A stretch of 64,000 nucleotides of DNA, taken from the NCBI GenBank assembly GCA_043825735.1, contig JBDRRP010000086.1, positions 11,046 to 75,045 of the forward strand. Direction: 5' to 3'. This DNA is from Pseudomonadota bacterium (GTDB lineage Bacteria; Desulfobacterota; Desulfobacteria; Desulfobacterales; JBDRRP01). A model generated the notes under the pieces. It saw nothing but the letters and a program-made list of their open reading frames with translations, did not search any database and had not been told where the DNA came from. Each line of letters opens with the position of its first letter. Position 1 is the stretch's first letter. This document shows positions 39,239 to 48,295 of the stretch, one piece after another. The position numbers and the translations under genes are program-made.

Positions 39239-39754
39239 TCAATCAGACGCCATAATCGCTGCGATCCGCGCCTCCCGCTCCCGTTGTGAGATATAAGGCA
39301 TCAGTTGAACATCGCGAATCTTTGTTTCGCGTCGGCGCTTGCGGGCCGCGGCGGCGGCCAGTTTTTCCATCAGGCGATCCAGATCGCAAGGCTTCATCAG
39401 ATAATCAAAGGCGCCCTGTTTCATGGCCGTGACGGCCAACGTGAGCGTGCTCTGACCGGTCAGCATAACGATTTCCATCAGCGGCCATTGGTGCTTGATG
39501 CGCGAAAGGGTTTCAAGTCCGTCCATGCCCGGCATGCCAACATCGAGCAGCACGACTTCAAGACTGCCCACCGCCTCCAGGCGGCTCAGTGCTTCCAGGC
39601 GGCTCAGTGCCTCCAGGCGGCTCAGTGCCTCCTGGCCGCTGAAAGCCGCGGTGACCGATAGCCCCCGCTGTTCAAGTCGCTGGGAGAGGGTCTCGACAAA
39701 TTCCCGTTCGTCGTCGACCAAAAGCAGTTGCAGCGGTGGCACCTCCTGATTCAT
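39239..39754 (-). CDS. Single-domain response regulator (receiver) with an internal EALSRL x3 repeat
   Basis: LLVDDE, LLDVGMPGMDG, MLTG, YLMKP; start overlaps the stop of the upstream gene. Confidence 0.88.
   Translation of the reverse strand: MNQEVPPLQLLLVDDEREFVETLSQRLEQRGLSVTAAFSGQEALSRLEALSRLEALSRLEAVGSLEVVLLDVGMPGMDGLETLSRIKHQWPLMEIVMLTGQSTLTLAVTAMKQGAFDYLMKPCDLDRLMEKLAAAAARKRRRETKIRDVQLMPYISQREREARIAAIMASD
39573..39632. repeat. In-frame 18-bp tandem repeat, 3.3 copies
   Basis: gc(c/t)tccaggcggctcagt x3 plus gcctcc. Confidence 0.9.
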
Positions 39755-40815
39755 CAATTCTCGCCAGCACCGCTCGACACGGTGACCGTTACGGCATGTT
39801 CCAGGACTCCGTTGTTGCCATAGCCCAGGGCGTTCCAGGATGCCTCCATGGGCTGCCGGCGGCCAGCGGCGTCGGTAGCCCGCGCCATGATGGTGTATTC
39901 GCCTTCTTTCTCCACAGACCACACGTACTGCCACTGCCGCCATGCAAAGGGTACGTCCGGGCCGATCCACTCCGCAACGTTCCATGTCTGTCCCGCGTCC
40001 GTCGACACATCGACTCTGATCACGCGATTTTCGCCGGCATAGGCTGCGCCCAGCACGGTGACGTCGCCTGCGGAAAGGCGGTCTCCATTCTCGGGCCGCG
40101 CGATGATGGACTTGAGACCGATTTCGGTGACGACTTCCCCGGTTTTTCGGTCCTGGCCCTTCTGGAATTTTCGATACACCTGATCCATGAAAAAGCCTTC
40201 AAAGGGTCGATCGAGAACGGTGATTTTCTTGAGCCACTTGGTGCAGTTGGCGCCCGTCCACCCAAGCGCGATGACGCGCATGGGATACCCCCGTTTCAGG
40301 GGCAAGGGGGCCCCGTTCATTTCATAGGCCAGCAGCGTGGAATCCAGCGCTTTTTCCAGGGGGATGCTCCGGATAAACGAAATCTGCGCGGATCCCCGCG
40401 GCCGGTCCATGCCTTCGAATGCCACGTGACGGGCGTTTGCTGTGAGCCCGGCCTTCTCCAGCACGGTTTTCAGCCAGACCCCGCCCCAGACGGCGTTGCC
40501 CACACCGCCGATGGTCCAGGTGTTGCCGGGGGCCTTTTCCTTCAACAGCGACCGGCCGTTGCCGGAGCACTCCAGGGTGGCGGCCGATATGGCTTTGGGC
40601 ATGCGCGATATCTGCTCGAAGCTGAGCTCAAGCGGTGTTTGCACCTCGCCGTCCACGGTGAGCTGCCATTGGGACAAGGCAATGGGCTCTGATGGGATTT
40701 CACCCTGATTGCGGTCGAAAAACACCTCTTCCGCGGTGATCCACGATGTGAGGCGCTCGTTCGGGGTCTCTGCGTTGAGTGGCACCTCGGTCATGACGCG
40801 CAACTTTTTTCCCAT
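39754..40815 (-). CDS. Sulfite-oxidase-family molybdopterin oxidoreductase (no signal peptide)
   Basis: FFDRN, TLECSGNGR, NAVWGGV, LAYEMNG.PL..GYPMR, KWL, and a dimerisation domain (RVDVS, ARATD). Confidence 0.9.
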   Translation of the reverse strand: MGKKLRVMTEVPLNAETPNERLTSWITAEEVFFDRNQGEIPSEPIALSQWQLTVDGEVQTPLELSFEQISRMPKAISAATLECSGNGRSLLKEKAPGNTWTIGGVGNAVWGGVWLKTVLEKAGLTANARHVAFEGMDRPRGSAQISFIRSIPLEKALDSTLLAYEMNGAPLPLKRGYPMRVIALGWTGANCTKWLKKITVLDRPFEGFFMDQVYRKFQKGQDRKTGEVVTEIGLKSIIARPENGDRLSAGDVTVLGAAYAGENRVIRVDVSTDAGQTWNVAEWIGPDVPFAWRQWQYVWSVEKEGEYTIMARATDAAGRRQPMEASWNALGYGNNGVLEHAVTVTVSSGAGEN

Positions 40816-40901
40816 TTCGTCACCTGCTTTCCGCCGATTGGTTTCAATCCGGTTTCTCAGGAAACAGTCACATCAAATAAAATACCCAAAGCGATGCCGG
40901 C

Positions 40902-41339
40902 TCAGCTCAAGTCGCGGATGGCGTTCCTATAAGCGGACTCGGGGTGGAGCCCGGGGAGGGCTTTCACGGGGCGCCCGTTTTTAAAAAACAAGACGTAGGG
41001 GATGGCGGTGATGCCATAGCGCTCCAGGACCGGGTTCAGTTTGTCCACGTCCACTTTGTAGGCATCTACCCGGTCTGCGTAGGTCACCGAGAGCGCATCG
41101 ATGACCGGCGTCAGCTGCCGGCAGGGCACGCACCAATCCGCGTAAAAATCGACCATTACCAGGTTTTGTCCGTTCGTTTTCCCGATAGCCGCGTCGAAAG
41201 CGGACAATGTTTCCAATGGCTTCACCCGCGTTTCGCCGGGGGTGCTGGCGGCGCCGGAGCAGCCGATGATTCCGGCGACCAGGACCGCTACTGCGATGCG
41301 TGGGATCAATCGGCGGTATAATGCCGGGTGTTTTCGCAT
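40902..41339 (-). CDS. Thioredoxin, lipoprotein-anchored
   Basis: Lipobox-like IIGC; VDFYADWCVPC; cis-Pro AIP. Confidence 0.88.
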   Translation of the reverse strand: MRKHPALYRRLIPRIAVAVLVAGIIGCSGAASTPGETRVKPLETLSAFDAAIGKTNGQNLVMVDFYADWCVPCRQLTPVIDALSVTYADRVDAYKVDVDKLNPVLERYGITAIPYVLFFKNGRPVKALPGLHPESAYRNAIRDLS

Positions 41340-41454
41340 GGGCCTTCTTTCTTGCCTGTAAACGCCGAGCCCCGTCCTGGCACGGCCGGGGCGGCAGCGG
41401 GAGGTAAGAATGGTGCCAATGGCAGCGCCGCCGTCGGTATTCATAGAGCCATGT

Positions 41455-42396
41455 CTAGTTGGGCGAATACCGTGAATTATAGATCGTGACCACATCCGCC
41501 TGGCTGAACTGGTAATGGGAGCTGCAATGATGGCATTGGATGTCAACGGGGAAGGGCCCGTTTTCCCGGATGTCGCGCAGATCATCCTCCGGCAGCATGG
41601 CCAGCATGTTTCGGATTTTCTCAAGGCCGCAGTGGCAGAAGAACTCCACCCGGTAGCTGTCCAGGATTTTCGCGTCGTGGCCGCGGAATGCATCAGCGAT
41701 GACGGTTTCCGCGGGGATGCCGCTTTCGAATGCTTCGCCGATCGATGAAATCCCCGCAACCAGGCTTTCCAAAGATGCGACGGTGTCTTCCGGGGCGCCG
41801 GGCAGGACCTGGAGAAAGAGTCCGCCGGCGCCGGTGACCGTCCCTTCGGTATCGAACTTGATGCTCAGATGAAAGGCCGAGGGAATCTGCTCCGAGGTCA
41901 AGAAATAATAGGCCAGGTCCTTGGCCAGGGATCCGTACATGAGGGCCACCCGGCCGGTAAAGGGGTTTTTTGCGTCTTCCAGAAACCGGGTTACCTCAAG
42001 CACACCGGCACCGAAAAAGGGTGACAGGTTGAAGCTTTCCAGCGGTTTGTCTACGGCAATGGGAACGGATTTAAGATGCCCCCGGACCTCTCCAAAGGCA
42101 TTGACCTCGACGGTCAGCCCTTTGATGGGACCGGTGCAGTCTACGGCCAGGCGGATCCGATCGTTGCCTTTGAGATGGGAGGTCATCAGCCCGCCGGCCA
42201 GGTAGGCGTGGCCCAGTACCAGGGTTTCCAGGATGCCCAGTCCGTGGTTGGCACGCATCTCGTTGACCATTCGGGTGCCGTGGAGGACGGCGCCGCGAAC
42301 GGTGCCGCCGGACAACACGAACCGGTGCAGCCGATCCAGCGCAGCGGCTTTCAATTGGGCTTTGATATCATCGCCGTAGGGGTGGTCTTTGATCAT
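41455..42396 (-). CDS. hslO: Hsp33 redox-regulated chaperone
   Basis: YFLTSEQIPS, GAGGLFLQVLP, C-terminal CHC...CHHC zinc centre. Confidence 0.92.
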   Translation of the reverse strand: MIKDHPYGDDIKAQLKAAALDRLHRFVLSGGTVRGAVLHGTRMVNEMRANHGLGILETLVLGHAYLAGGLMTSHLKGNDRIRLAVDCTGPIKGLTVEVNAFGEVRGHLKSVPIAVDKPLESFNLSPFFGAGVLEVTRFLEDAKNPFTGRVALMYGSLAKDLAYYFLTSEQIPSAFHLSIKFDTEGTVTGAGGLFLQVLPGAPEDTVASLESLVAGISSIGEAFESGIPAETVIADAFRGHDAKILDSYRVEFFCHCGLEKIRNMLAMLPEDDLRDIRENGPFPVDIQCHHCSSHYQFSQADVVTIYNSRYSPN

Positions 42397-42612
42397 GAAT
42401 TCGGAATCATCCTTATCGTCTGGGAAACCATTGCCGCATTAACCACGATGGCGCGCAAACTAACCATTGTTTGGAACAAGATCAACAATGGATCCGGTCT
42501 TTAGGAGATGATCGCAAAAGGTTCGTATTTGACAAGTCCACCGTGAGTGACGCACTATGACCCATAGCGGTTCAATAGGCCGCTCCAACTTGCAACACCC
42601 GCCGAGGCGATC

Positions 42613-43776
42613 ATGTCACCGTACGATCTTACCGAGTTTCTCCGTTTGTCATCAGCACTCAATTACAATCTTAGCGCCGCCTCGTTGAACCGCTACAATG
42701 TCATGCTGTTTATCCTTGGCGGCAAGCGGTTCGATGAAGACAACGCGGTGGATCGCGAAAAAAAATCGGTGGTGATGGAGGCGCTCAGCTATCTGTTTTG
42801 CGCCTATCGCGAGAAGCGGCGGCGTCTTGGCCCCATGGCCGTGCTTCACCCGCTCCGGGCCACGGCCATCTATGCACGCTCGCTGGATCGCATTTCACTG
42901 GTGGATCTTCTGTCGGCGCTTTTCCACGACATTTTGGAAGACATTCACCCCAATGATTTTGACGCTGAAACGTGGGCGGCGCTGGAGCTGCAGCTATACG
43001 AGCTGCTGGAGCGGCTCGATCCCGAAGACGAATGGCGGATCATGGAGCGTCTTCAGGCGCTCACGCGCTTTGAGAGTGAAAACTACTACCAGTATATCGG
43101 TCGGCTGCTGGAACGGGCGAGCGGCATTCCGGAGCTGGTTCAGGTGAAGCTTTCCGATCGACTGGACAATACCCTGGACATGCGCATCGACATCCAGGAC
43201 CCCCTGGAAGGGATCGATTTCTATGAAAACGTTTTCCAGCTATTGTTCGTCGGCAATTTCAAGGGGTTCGTTCCGGAAGTGGAACACCCGCCCACGGCAT
43301 CGCTCAACGGCGCCAAGCGTCTTTACCAGCTTTTCAAAAATGCCGTGCTGCTCTCTCTCATCCGGCAGAAAGGGAACATTTCCGGCGACCGGGTTTCCAA
43401 GTTCTTTTTCAACGCCGTCGCCTCCGCCAGTCTCAAGGAAGCCCAGCGCACCCTCATGCACGTGACGGGCTACCATCACCGGGACGTGGAAAATACCCGT
43501 GCCCTGCTGCTGAGTGCAATGGAGTATTGCTACGGGGGGCGCATCGACATGGTGACCAGCCCCGAGGACGGGTACATGCTCGACGGCCTGTTTTCCGGGT
43601 ATTTTGGATTGTCCGATTCCAAGGCCCGCAACGATCAGCTTGACCGGTTGTACAAGAACAAGCCCCTGATGATTCAGGCCTCCATCGCCTTCATCGTTAT
43701 TTTCCTCAGCTTTCTCAATAATCCCATCTTCTTTGTCCGGGGCATCGGCATCGACGGCGTGACGCCGTCGATTTGA
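42613..43776 (+). CDS. HD-domain protein with RelA/SpoT hydrolase-like motifs and a C-terminal extension
   Basis: HPLR, ALFHDILED, ALTR, VKLSDRLDN. Confidence 0.78.
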   Translation: MSPYDLTEFLRLSSALNYNLSAASLNRYNVMLFILGGKRFDEDNAVDREKKSVVMEALSYLFCAYREKRRRLGPMAVLHPLRATAIYARSLDRISLVDLLSALFHDILEDIHPNDFDAETWAALELQLYELLERLDPEDEWRIMERLQALTRFESENYYQYIGRLLERASGIPELVQVKLSDRLDNTLDMRIDIQDPLEGIDFYENVFQLLFVGNFKGFVPEVEHPPTASLNGAKRLYQLFKNAVLLSLIRQKGNISGDRVSKFFFNAVASASLKEAQRTLMHVTGYHHRDVENTRALLLSAMEYCYGGRIDMVTSPEDGYMLDGLFSGYFGLSDSKARNDQLDRLYKNKPLMIQASIAFIVIFLSFLNNPIFFVRGIGIDGVTPSI

Positions 43777-43918
43777 TGCTGAATGTGACTAATTCCCACT
43801 GAGAAGCGGATTTGCATCACGTGTTGGTCAGCGGCCTGAGGACAAGCAAGGCGGTGCGCCATGACAACCTTTTTCCTATTGAAATCAAACGGGTAGCGGC
43901 CCTATCAGGATTATTTTT

Positions 43919-44809
43919 ATGGATGGCGCGGCAATAGTGTTTGCCTTTCTGTCGGCGGTATTGATGGGCACGATTGGTGTCTTTTCAAAGATCACCGGAT
44001 TGCCCGCCGAGGTCATCACGTTTTTCCGACTTCTGCTCGGAGCCGGTTTCATGGCGATCTATCTTGTCGCTATACGAAAAGCGGATCTGCTCAGGCAATG
44101 GCCGTCATGGCCGGTCCTGATCAACGGCTGCTTTCTGGCCGGCTTTATCATTTTTTACGTGCAGGCGATGAATTATACTTCGATGGCAAATGCCATTATG
44201 CTCGTTTACCTTGCACCACTGGCCGCATCAATCGCCGCACATCTCTTTTTAAATGAGCGCCTTAATGTTCTGGGTGCCGGGTTGATCATACTGGCCCTTT
44301 TCGGATTTGCGATGATGATGGGCTTCAGGGTTGAGATTTCCAGGCAGAGTTCTGAGTTTATCGGTATCTGCTTTGGCTTGCTGGCACTGATCTGCTATGC
44401 CGGGTTTATCCTGTTAAACAGGATTATCCCGAAACAGATCCATGTGTATACGCGCACATTCTACCAGCTCCTGGTGGGTGCGCTTGTGATGTTGCCCCTT
44501 GTTTTGAATTCTATACAATCGGTTAAGACGGAACATGTCCCCTGGCTGATTGGCACCGGTTTTTTTCCCGGTTTTCTGGCCATTTTATTTGCCGTCATCG
44601 CGCTGAGCCGTCTTCCGGCTGCGGTGTTTGGCACCATTGCCTATATCGAACCGGTCGCCGTGGTCGTTTTCGGTTGGACGCTGTTCGGCGAGACCTTGAG
44701 TCCCCTGCAGATCGGCGGATGCCTGTTGATCATTTTGAGCGGAGCCGCAAAGACCCTGACGATGCGCCGAGCGCAGCCAGCGACAGCGCCGGCGTCTGCC
44801 AATCCGTAA
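43919..44809 (+). CDS. DMT/EamA family transporter
   Basis: About 10 TMs; FLNERL, YIEPV, LFGETLS. Confidence 0.9.
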   Translation: MDGAAIVFAFLSAVLMGTIGVFSKITGLPAEVITFFRLLLGAGFMAIYLVAIRKADLLRQWPSWPVLINGCFLAGFIIFYVQAMNYTSMANAIMLVYLAPLAASIAAHLFLNERLNVLGAGLIILALFGFAMMMGFRVEISRQSSEFIGICFGLLALICYAGFILLNRIIPKQIHVYTRTFYQLLVGALVMLPLVLNSIQSVKTEHVPWLIGTGFFPGFLAILFAVIALSRLPAAVFGTIAYIEPVAVVVFGWTLFGETLSPLQIGGCLLIILSGAAKTLTMRRAQPATAPASANP

Positions 44810-44939
44810 AATTGCCCTAAAGAAACCATTTGCGCTTCTCTATGAAGCTCCAGTTGTCGTCGATTCGTTTTTAAGGATATCCATAAAGCGCAATTGTGGC
44901 GGCAAACATCAATCATCAGCCGCCCGCCGTGGCATTAAT

Positions 44940-45098
44940 ATAGTGTCCGTCCATGGGAGGCTTGTTGCTCCCTCTCCCTTGATGGGAGAGGGCTGGGGAG
45001 AGGGTGACAGCCCACCGGGAACAAGAGATAACCTTATAACGACCCTCCCCCGCCCCTGTCCCCTCCTGCCAGGGGAGGGGTATTTATGAATGGACACA
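44940..45098. repeat. Palindromic REP/MITE-like element (CCCTCTCCC..GGGAGAGGG type) with tagtgtcc/ggacac termini
   Basis: Two GC-rich hairpins in inverted orientation between imperfect terminal repeats. Short atcgNN hexamer repeats follow at ~45191-45245. Confidence 0.6.
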
Positions 45099-45314
45099 AA
45101 TCTATGGCGCTGACCGCGTCTTTTGTCAGCATGCCGCCGCTGATAGCCATTGTCATAAATACATACCGTTTGCACAACAACGCCTGGTGAACATCGAAAT
45201 CGCTATCGGCCGTGGAAAACATCGATTTCGATCCCGACCCCGAGAGGATTTTGGCGTTGAAACCGAAAAGTATTCTTCCAAGTACGCTATCACAGGGGGG
45301 TCGTTGCCGGCAGA

Positions 45315-46751
45315 CTACAGACGGGTCTTGATGAACTTGGGCACAAGGTAGTCGAAAATCCCCAGAGCCCCGCCCTCCCGGCCCATGCCGCTTTCCTTGA
45401 TGCCGCCGAAAGGCGCTTCCGCACAGGCCAGCAGCACTTCGTTCACGCCGACCATCCCCACCTCAAGGGCTTCTGAGACAACGGCGGCCGTCTTCAGGGC
45501 CGTGGTGAACACGTAGCCTGCCAGACCGAACGGCAGGGCGTTGGCGCGGGCGAGGACGTCATCGGTATCGTCAAAGCCGGTGATGGGCGCAATCGGGGAA
45601 AAGGGCTCCTGGCTCATGATCAGGGCGTCTTCGGGCACATCGCCGAGCACCGTGGGTTCGAAGAAAAATCCCTTGTCGAAGGCCCCCGCACGCCGGCCGC
45701 CGGTGATCAGTATCGCTCCCCGCTTGACGGCGTCTGCGCACAGGGCCGTGCAGCGATCGAGGTTGCGCCGGTTGGCCAGGGGGCCCAGGGTGACCGCGGG
45801 GTCCAGCCCTGCGCCCAGGGTCAGGCCCTCGGCGTATTCGGCGAAAGCCCGGGTGAATGCTTCCTTGATGCGGGTGTGCACGTAAAACCGGCTGGGGGCG
45901 ATGCATACCTGCCCGCAGTTTCTGAATTTGGCCGCGGCCAGGGCGCGCGCCGCCGCCACGGGATCGGCGTCATCAAAGACAATGGCCGGGCCATGGCCGC
46001 CCAGTTCCATGGTGACTTTCTTGATGCCGTCGGCGCACAGGTGAAGGATTTTTTTCCCTACCGGCACCGATCCGGTCAGCGAGACTTTTCTCACCGACGG
46101 GGCGCCGATGAGATGCTCGGCGATCAGCGCCGAGGCGCCTGTCACCAGTCCGACGGCGCCGGCCGGCACCCCCGCATCGGCGAGGGCCTGAAAGAGCGCC
46201 ATGAGCGTTCCAGGCGCCTCTCCGGCCGGTTTGCAGATCACCGCGCAGCCGGCGGCCAGGGCGGCGGCGATCTTTCGTGACGGCAGCAGGGCCGGAAAGT
46301 TCCAGGCGCTGAAGGCTGCGCAGATCCCCACCGGCTGGTAGATCACCGCCATGCGAACGTCCGGGCTGCGGCCTTCGATGGTCTGGCCGTAAATGCGTTT
46401 GGTTTCCTCGGCGTACCACTCGAACTGCTCGGCGGCCGCCACGGTCTCGGCATGGGCTTCGGCCATGGGCTTGCCGGTCTCCAGCACCATCATGCCGGCG
46501 ATGGCTTCGATCCGGGCATGAATCATCGTCGAGACCCGGCGCAGCACCGCGGCCCGCTCCCAGGCCGGCGTGCGCCGCCACTTGTCAAAGCCGCTCTGGG
46601 CTGATGCCAGCGTCCGCGTCAGATCCTCCGACGTCGCTGCCGGTACCGCTCCGATGATCTCTTCGGTGGCGGGGTTGATCACCGGGAAAGTGCCTCCGTC
46701 CGATGCGCCCTGCCAGCGCCCGTCGATAAACAGTCCGTAAGGGGTGTACAT
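45315..46751 (-). CDS. NAD(P)-dependent aldehyde dehydrogenase (SSADH / alpha-ketoglutaric semialdehyde dehydrogenase-like)
   Basis: AWNFP, LTGS, MELGGH, FRNCGQVC, EPFSP, PFGGIKESG. Confidence 0.9.
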   Translation of the reverse strand: MYTPYGLFIDGRWQGASDGGTFPVINPATEEIIGAVPAATSEDLTRTLASAQSGFDKWRRTPAWERAAVLRRVSTMIHARIEAIAGMMVLETGKPMAEAHAETVAAAEQFEWYAEETKRIYGQTIEGRSPDVRMAVIYQPVGICAAFSAWNFPALLPSRKIAAALAAGCAVICKPAGEAPGTLMALFQALADAGVPAGAVGLVTGASALIAEHLIGAPSVRKVSLTGSVPVGKKILHLCADGIKKVTMELGGHGPAIVFDDADPVAAARALAAAKFRNCGQVCIAPSRFYVHTRIKEAFTRAFAEYAEGLTLGAGLDPAVTLGPLANRRNLDRCTALCADAVKRGAILITGGRRAGAFDKGFFFEPTVLGDVPEDALIMSQEPFSPIAPITGFDDTDDVLARANALPFGLAGYVFTTALKTAAVVSEALEVGMVGVNEVLLACAEAPFGGIKESGMGREGGALGIFDYLVPKFIKTRL

Positions 46752-46811
46752 GATCGGTTCCTTTGCTTGAGTCCGTCCGGGGCAACCGCCCCGAAGCATT
46801 CACATGGCATT

Positions 46812-48179
46812 TTATCGCGCTGGATCACCCGGCGGGGTTCCGGATTCCATCCGGCGGATGTCCTCCAGTATCTCGTGATACCGGGTTTCGTTGATGGGGT
46901 AGAAATACAGGGCCGCCAGCGCCAGCAGGAAAATGGCGGCGGAAACGGGGCCCAGGAGCAGCCGGATCCCCATCAGTGCCGAGGGGGCCTGCACCACATC
47001 CGGGACATAGCCGGAAAGTGACAGGACCCCGCCGGTGATGCCCAGGGCCACGGCCTGGCCGATCTTGAAACCGAAGGTCCATATCCCGTAAAAGGCCCCT
47101 TCGGTGCGTTTGCCGGTTCGCAGATAGTCGTATTCCACAGCGTCGGGCACCATGGCGTAAGGCAGGGCGTAGGTAAAGCCCATGCCGAGGCCGGCGACGG
47201 CCATCATGGCGATGGAAAAGGACGGCGGCCTGAGGTGGCCGAAGAAAAAAAGCACCATGATGGCGGCGGCAAACACTATCATACCAAAGCCATAGGCGGC
47301 CTTCTTGCCGAACTTGCGCGAGGCGGCCACGCTCACGGGGATGAACACCATGGCGGTGAGCAGCAGCACCAGCATGGCGGCGGTGGTCATCGCTTCGTTT
47401 CCGTGGACATACTTGAAGTAGTAGATGGCGATGCCGCTGACCACGGTCAGGGCCGTGACGTGCAGGGCATAGGTGAGCAGGATGAGAAGATAGGGCCGAT
47501 TGCCGAAGACATTCGAATAGGTCTTCCAGAAGCCTTCCCGGTGCACCGGCGCGGTGCGCTCAGGCTCGCTGACGGTGAACACGGTGACCATGGCCGTGAT
47601 CATCATGATGAAACCGAAAATCGCACCCATGACGCAATAACCGGTGTTCTTGTCGCCAAACGCGTTCACCAGCGGCAGTGCGGCCCCTGCACCGAGCAGG
47701 GTGCCGATTACAGCGAATCCGAAGCGGTAGCCGTTGAGGCTGGTGCGTTCGTGAAAATCGCGGGTCAGCTCCGGCGTCAGTGCGCTGTAGGGGATGTTGA
47801 CCACGGTATAGGCCCCGCAGAGCAGGCAGAACGCCACCGTGCCCCAGGCAAAAAGCGCCCCCTGGCTATGCAGGCGCGGGTTGGTGAACATGAGGATCAT
47901 GGTTAAAAACAGTGGGATAGAGCCAAAAAGAATATAGGGGCGCCGTCGGCCCCACCGGCTGCGGGTGTTGTCCGACAGGTAGCCCACCACCGGATCGGTG
48001 ACCGCGTCCCAGAATTTTCCCACCATGATGATGGCGCCGGCGAGTCCCGCGGAGACGCCTACCGTATCGGTGAGAAAATTGAGCAGCAGAAAGGCGACCA
48101 CGGTGAAAAAAAGGTTGCCGCCAAGATCGCAGACGCCATAGCCGAGTTTGACCTTGAGGGGAAGTCTGTCACGGATCAC
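46812..48179 (-). CDS. Glycoside-pentoside-hexuronide (GPH) cation symporter, MFS
   Basis: KLGYGVCD, WDAVTDPVVGYLSD.TRSRWGRRRPY, NIPYSAL..ELT, D.VEY...TG.R.EG. GTG start after AAGGA. Confidence 0.9.
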   Translation of the reverse strand: MIRDRLPLKVKLGYGVCDLGGNLFFTVVAFLLLNFLTDTVGVSAGLAGAIIMVGKFWDAVTDPVVGYLSDNTRSRWGRRRPYILFGSIPLFLTMILMFTNPRLHSQGALFAWGTVAFCLLCGAYTVVNIPYSALTPELTRDFHERTSLNGYRFGFAVIGTLLGAGAALPLVNAFGDKNTGYCVMGAIFGFIMMITAMVTVFTVSEPERTAPVHREGFWKTYSNVFGNRPYLLILLTYALHVTALTVVSGIAIYYFKYVHGNEAMTTAAMLVLLLTAMVFIPVSVAASRKFGKKAAYGFGMIVFAAAIMVLFFFGHLRPPSFSIAMMAVAGLGMGFTYALPYAMVPDAVEYDYLRTGKRTEGAFYGIWTFGFKIGQAVALGITGGVLSLSGYVPDVVQAPSALMGIRLLLGPVSAAIFLLALAALYFYPINETRYHEILEDIRRMESGTPPGDPAR

Positions 48180-48204
48180 GGGAGATGTTCCTTTTATCAA
48201 TAGT

Positions 48205-48260
48205 GATGGCACCGTAAAAAGTCCTTTGCGCGTCATGCCGGCGAAGGCCTGCATCCAGCA
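48205..48260. repeat. Truncated copy of the GATG..GTAAAAAGTC MITE with a CGTC-type REP half
   Basis: gatggcaccgtaaaaagtc...cgtcatgccggcgaaggcctgcatccag resembles 16428-16480. Confidence 0.55.
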
Positions 48261-48295
48261 GTCTTTCCGATGAGCCGCTTGTGGCCGGGCCAGTC

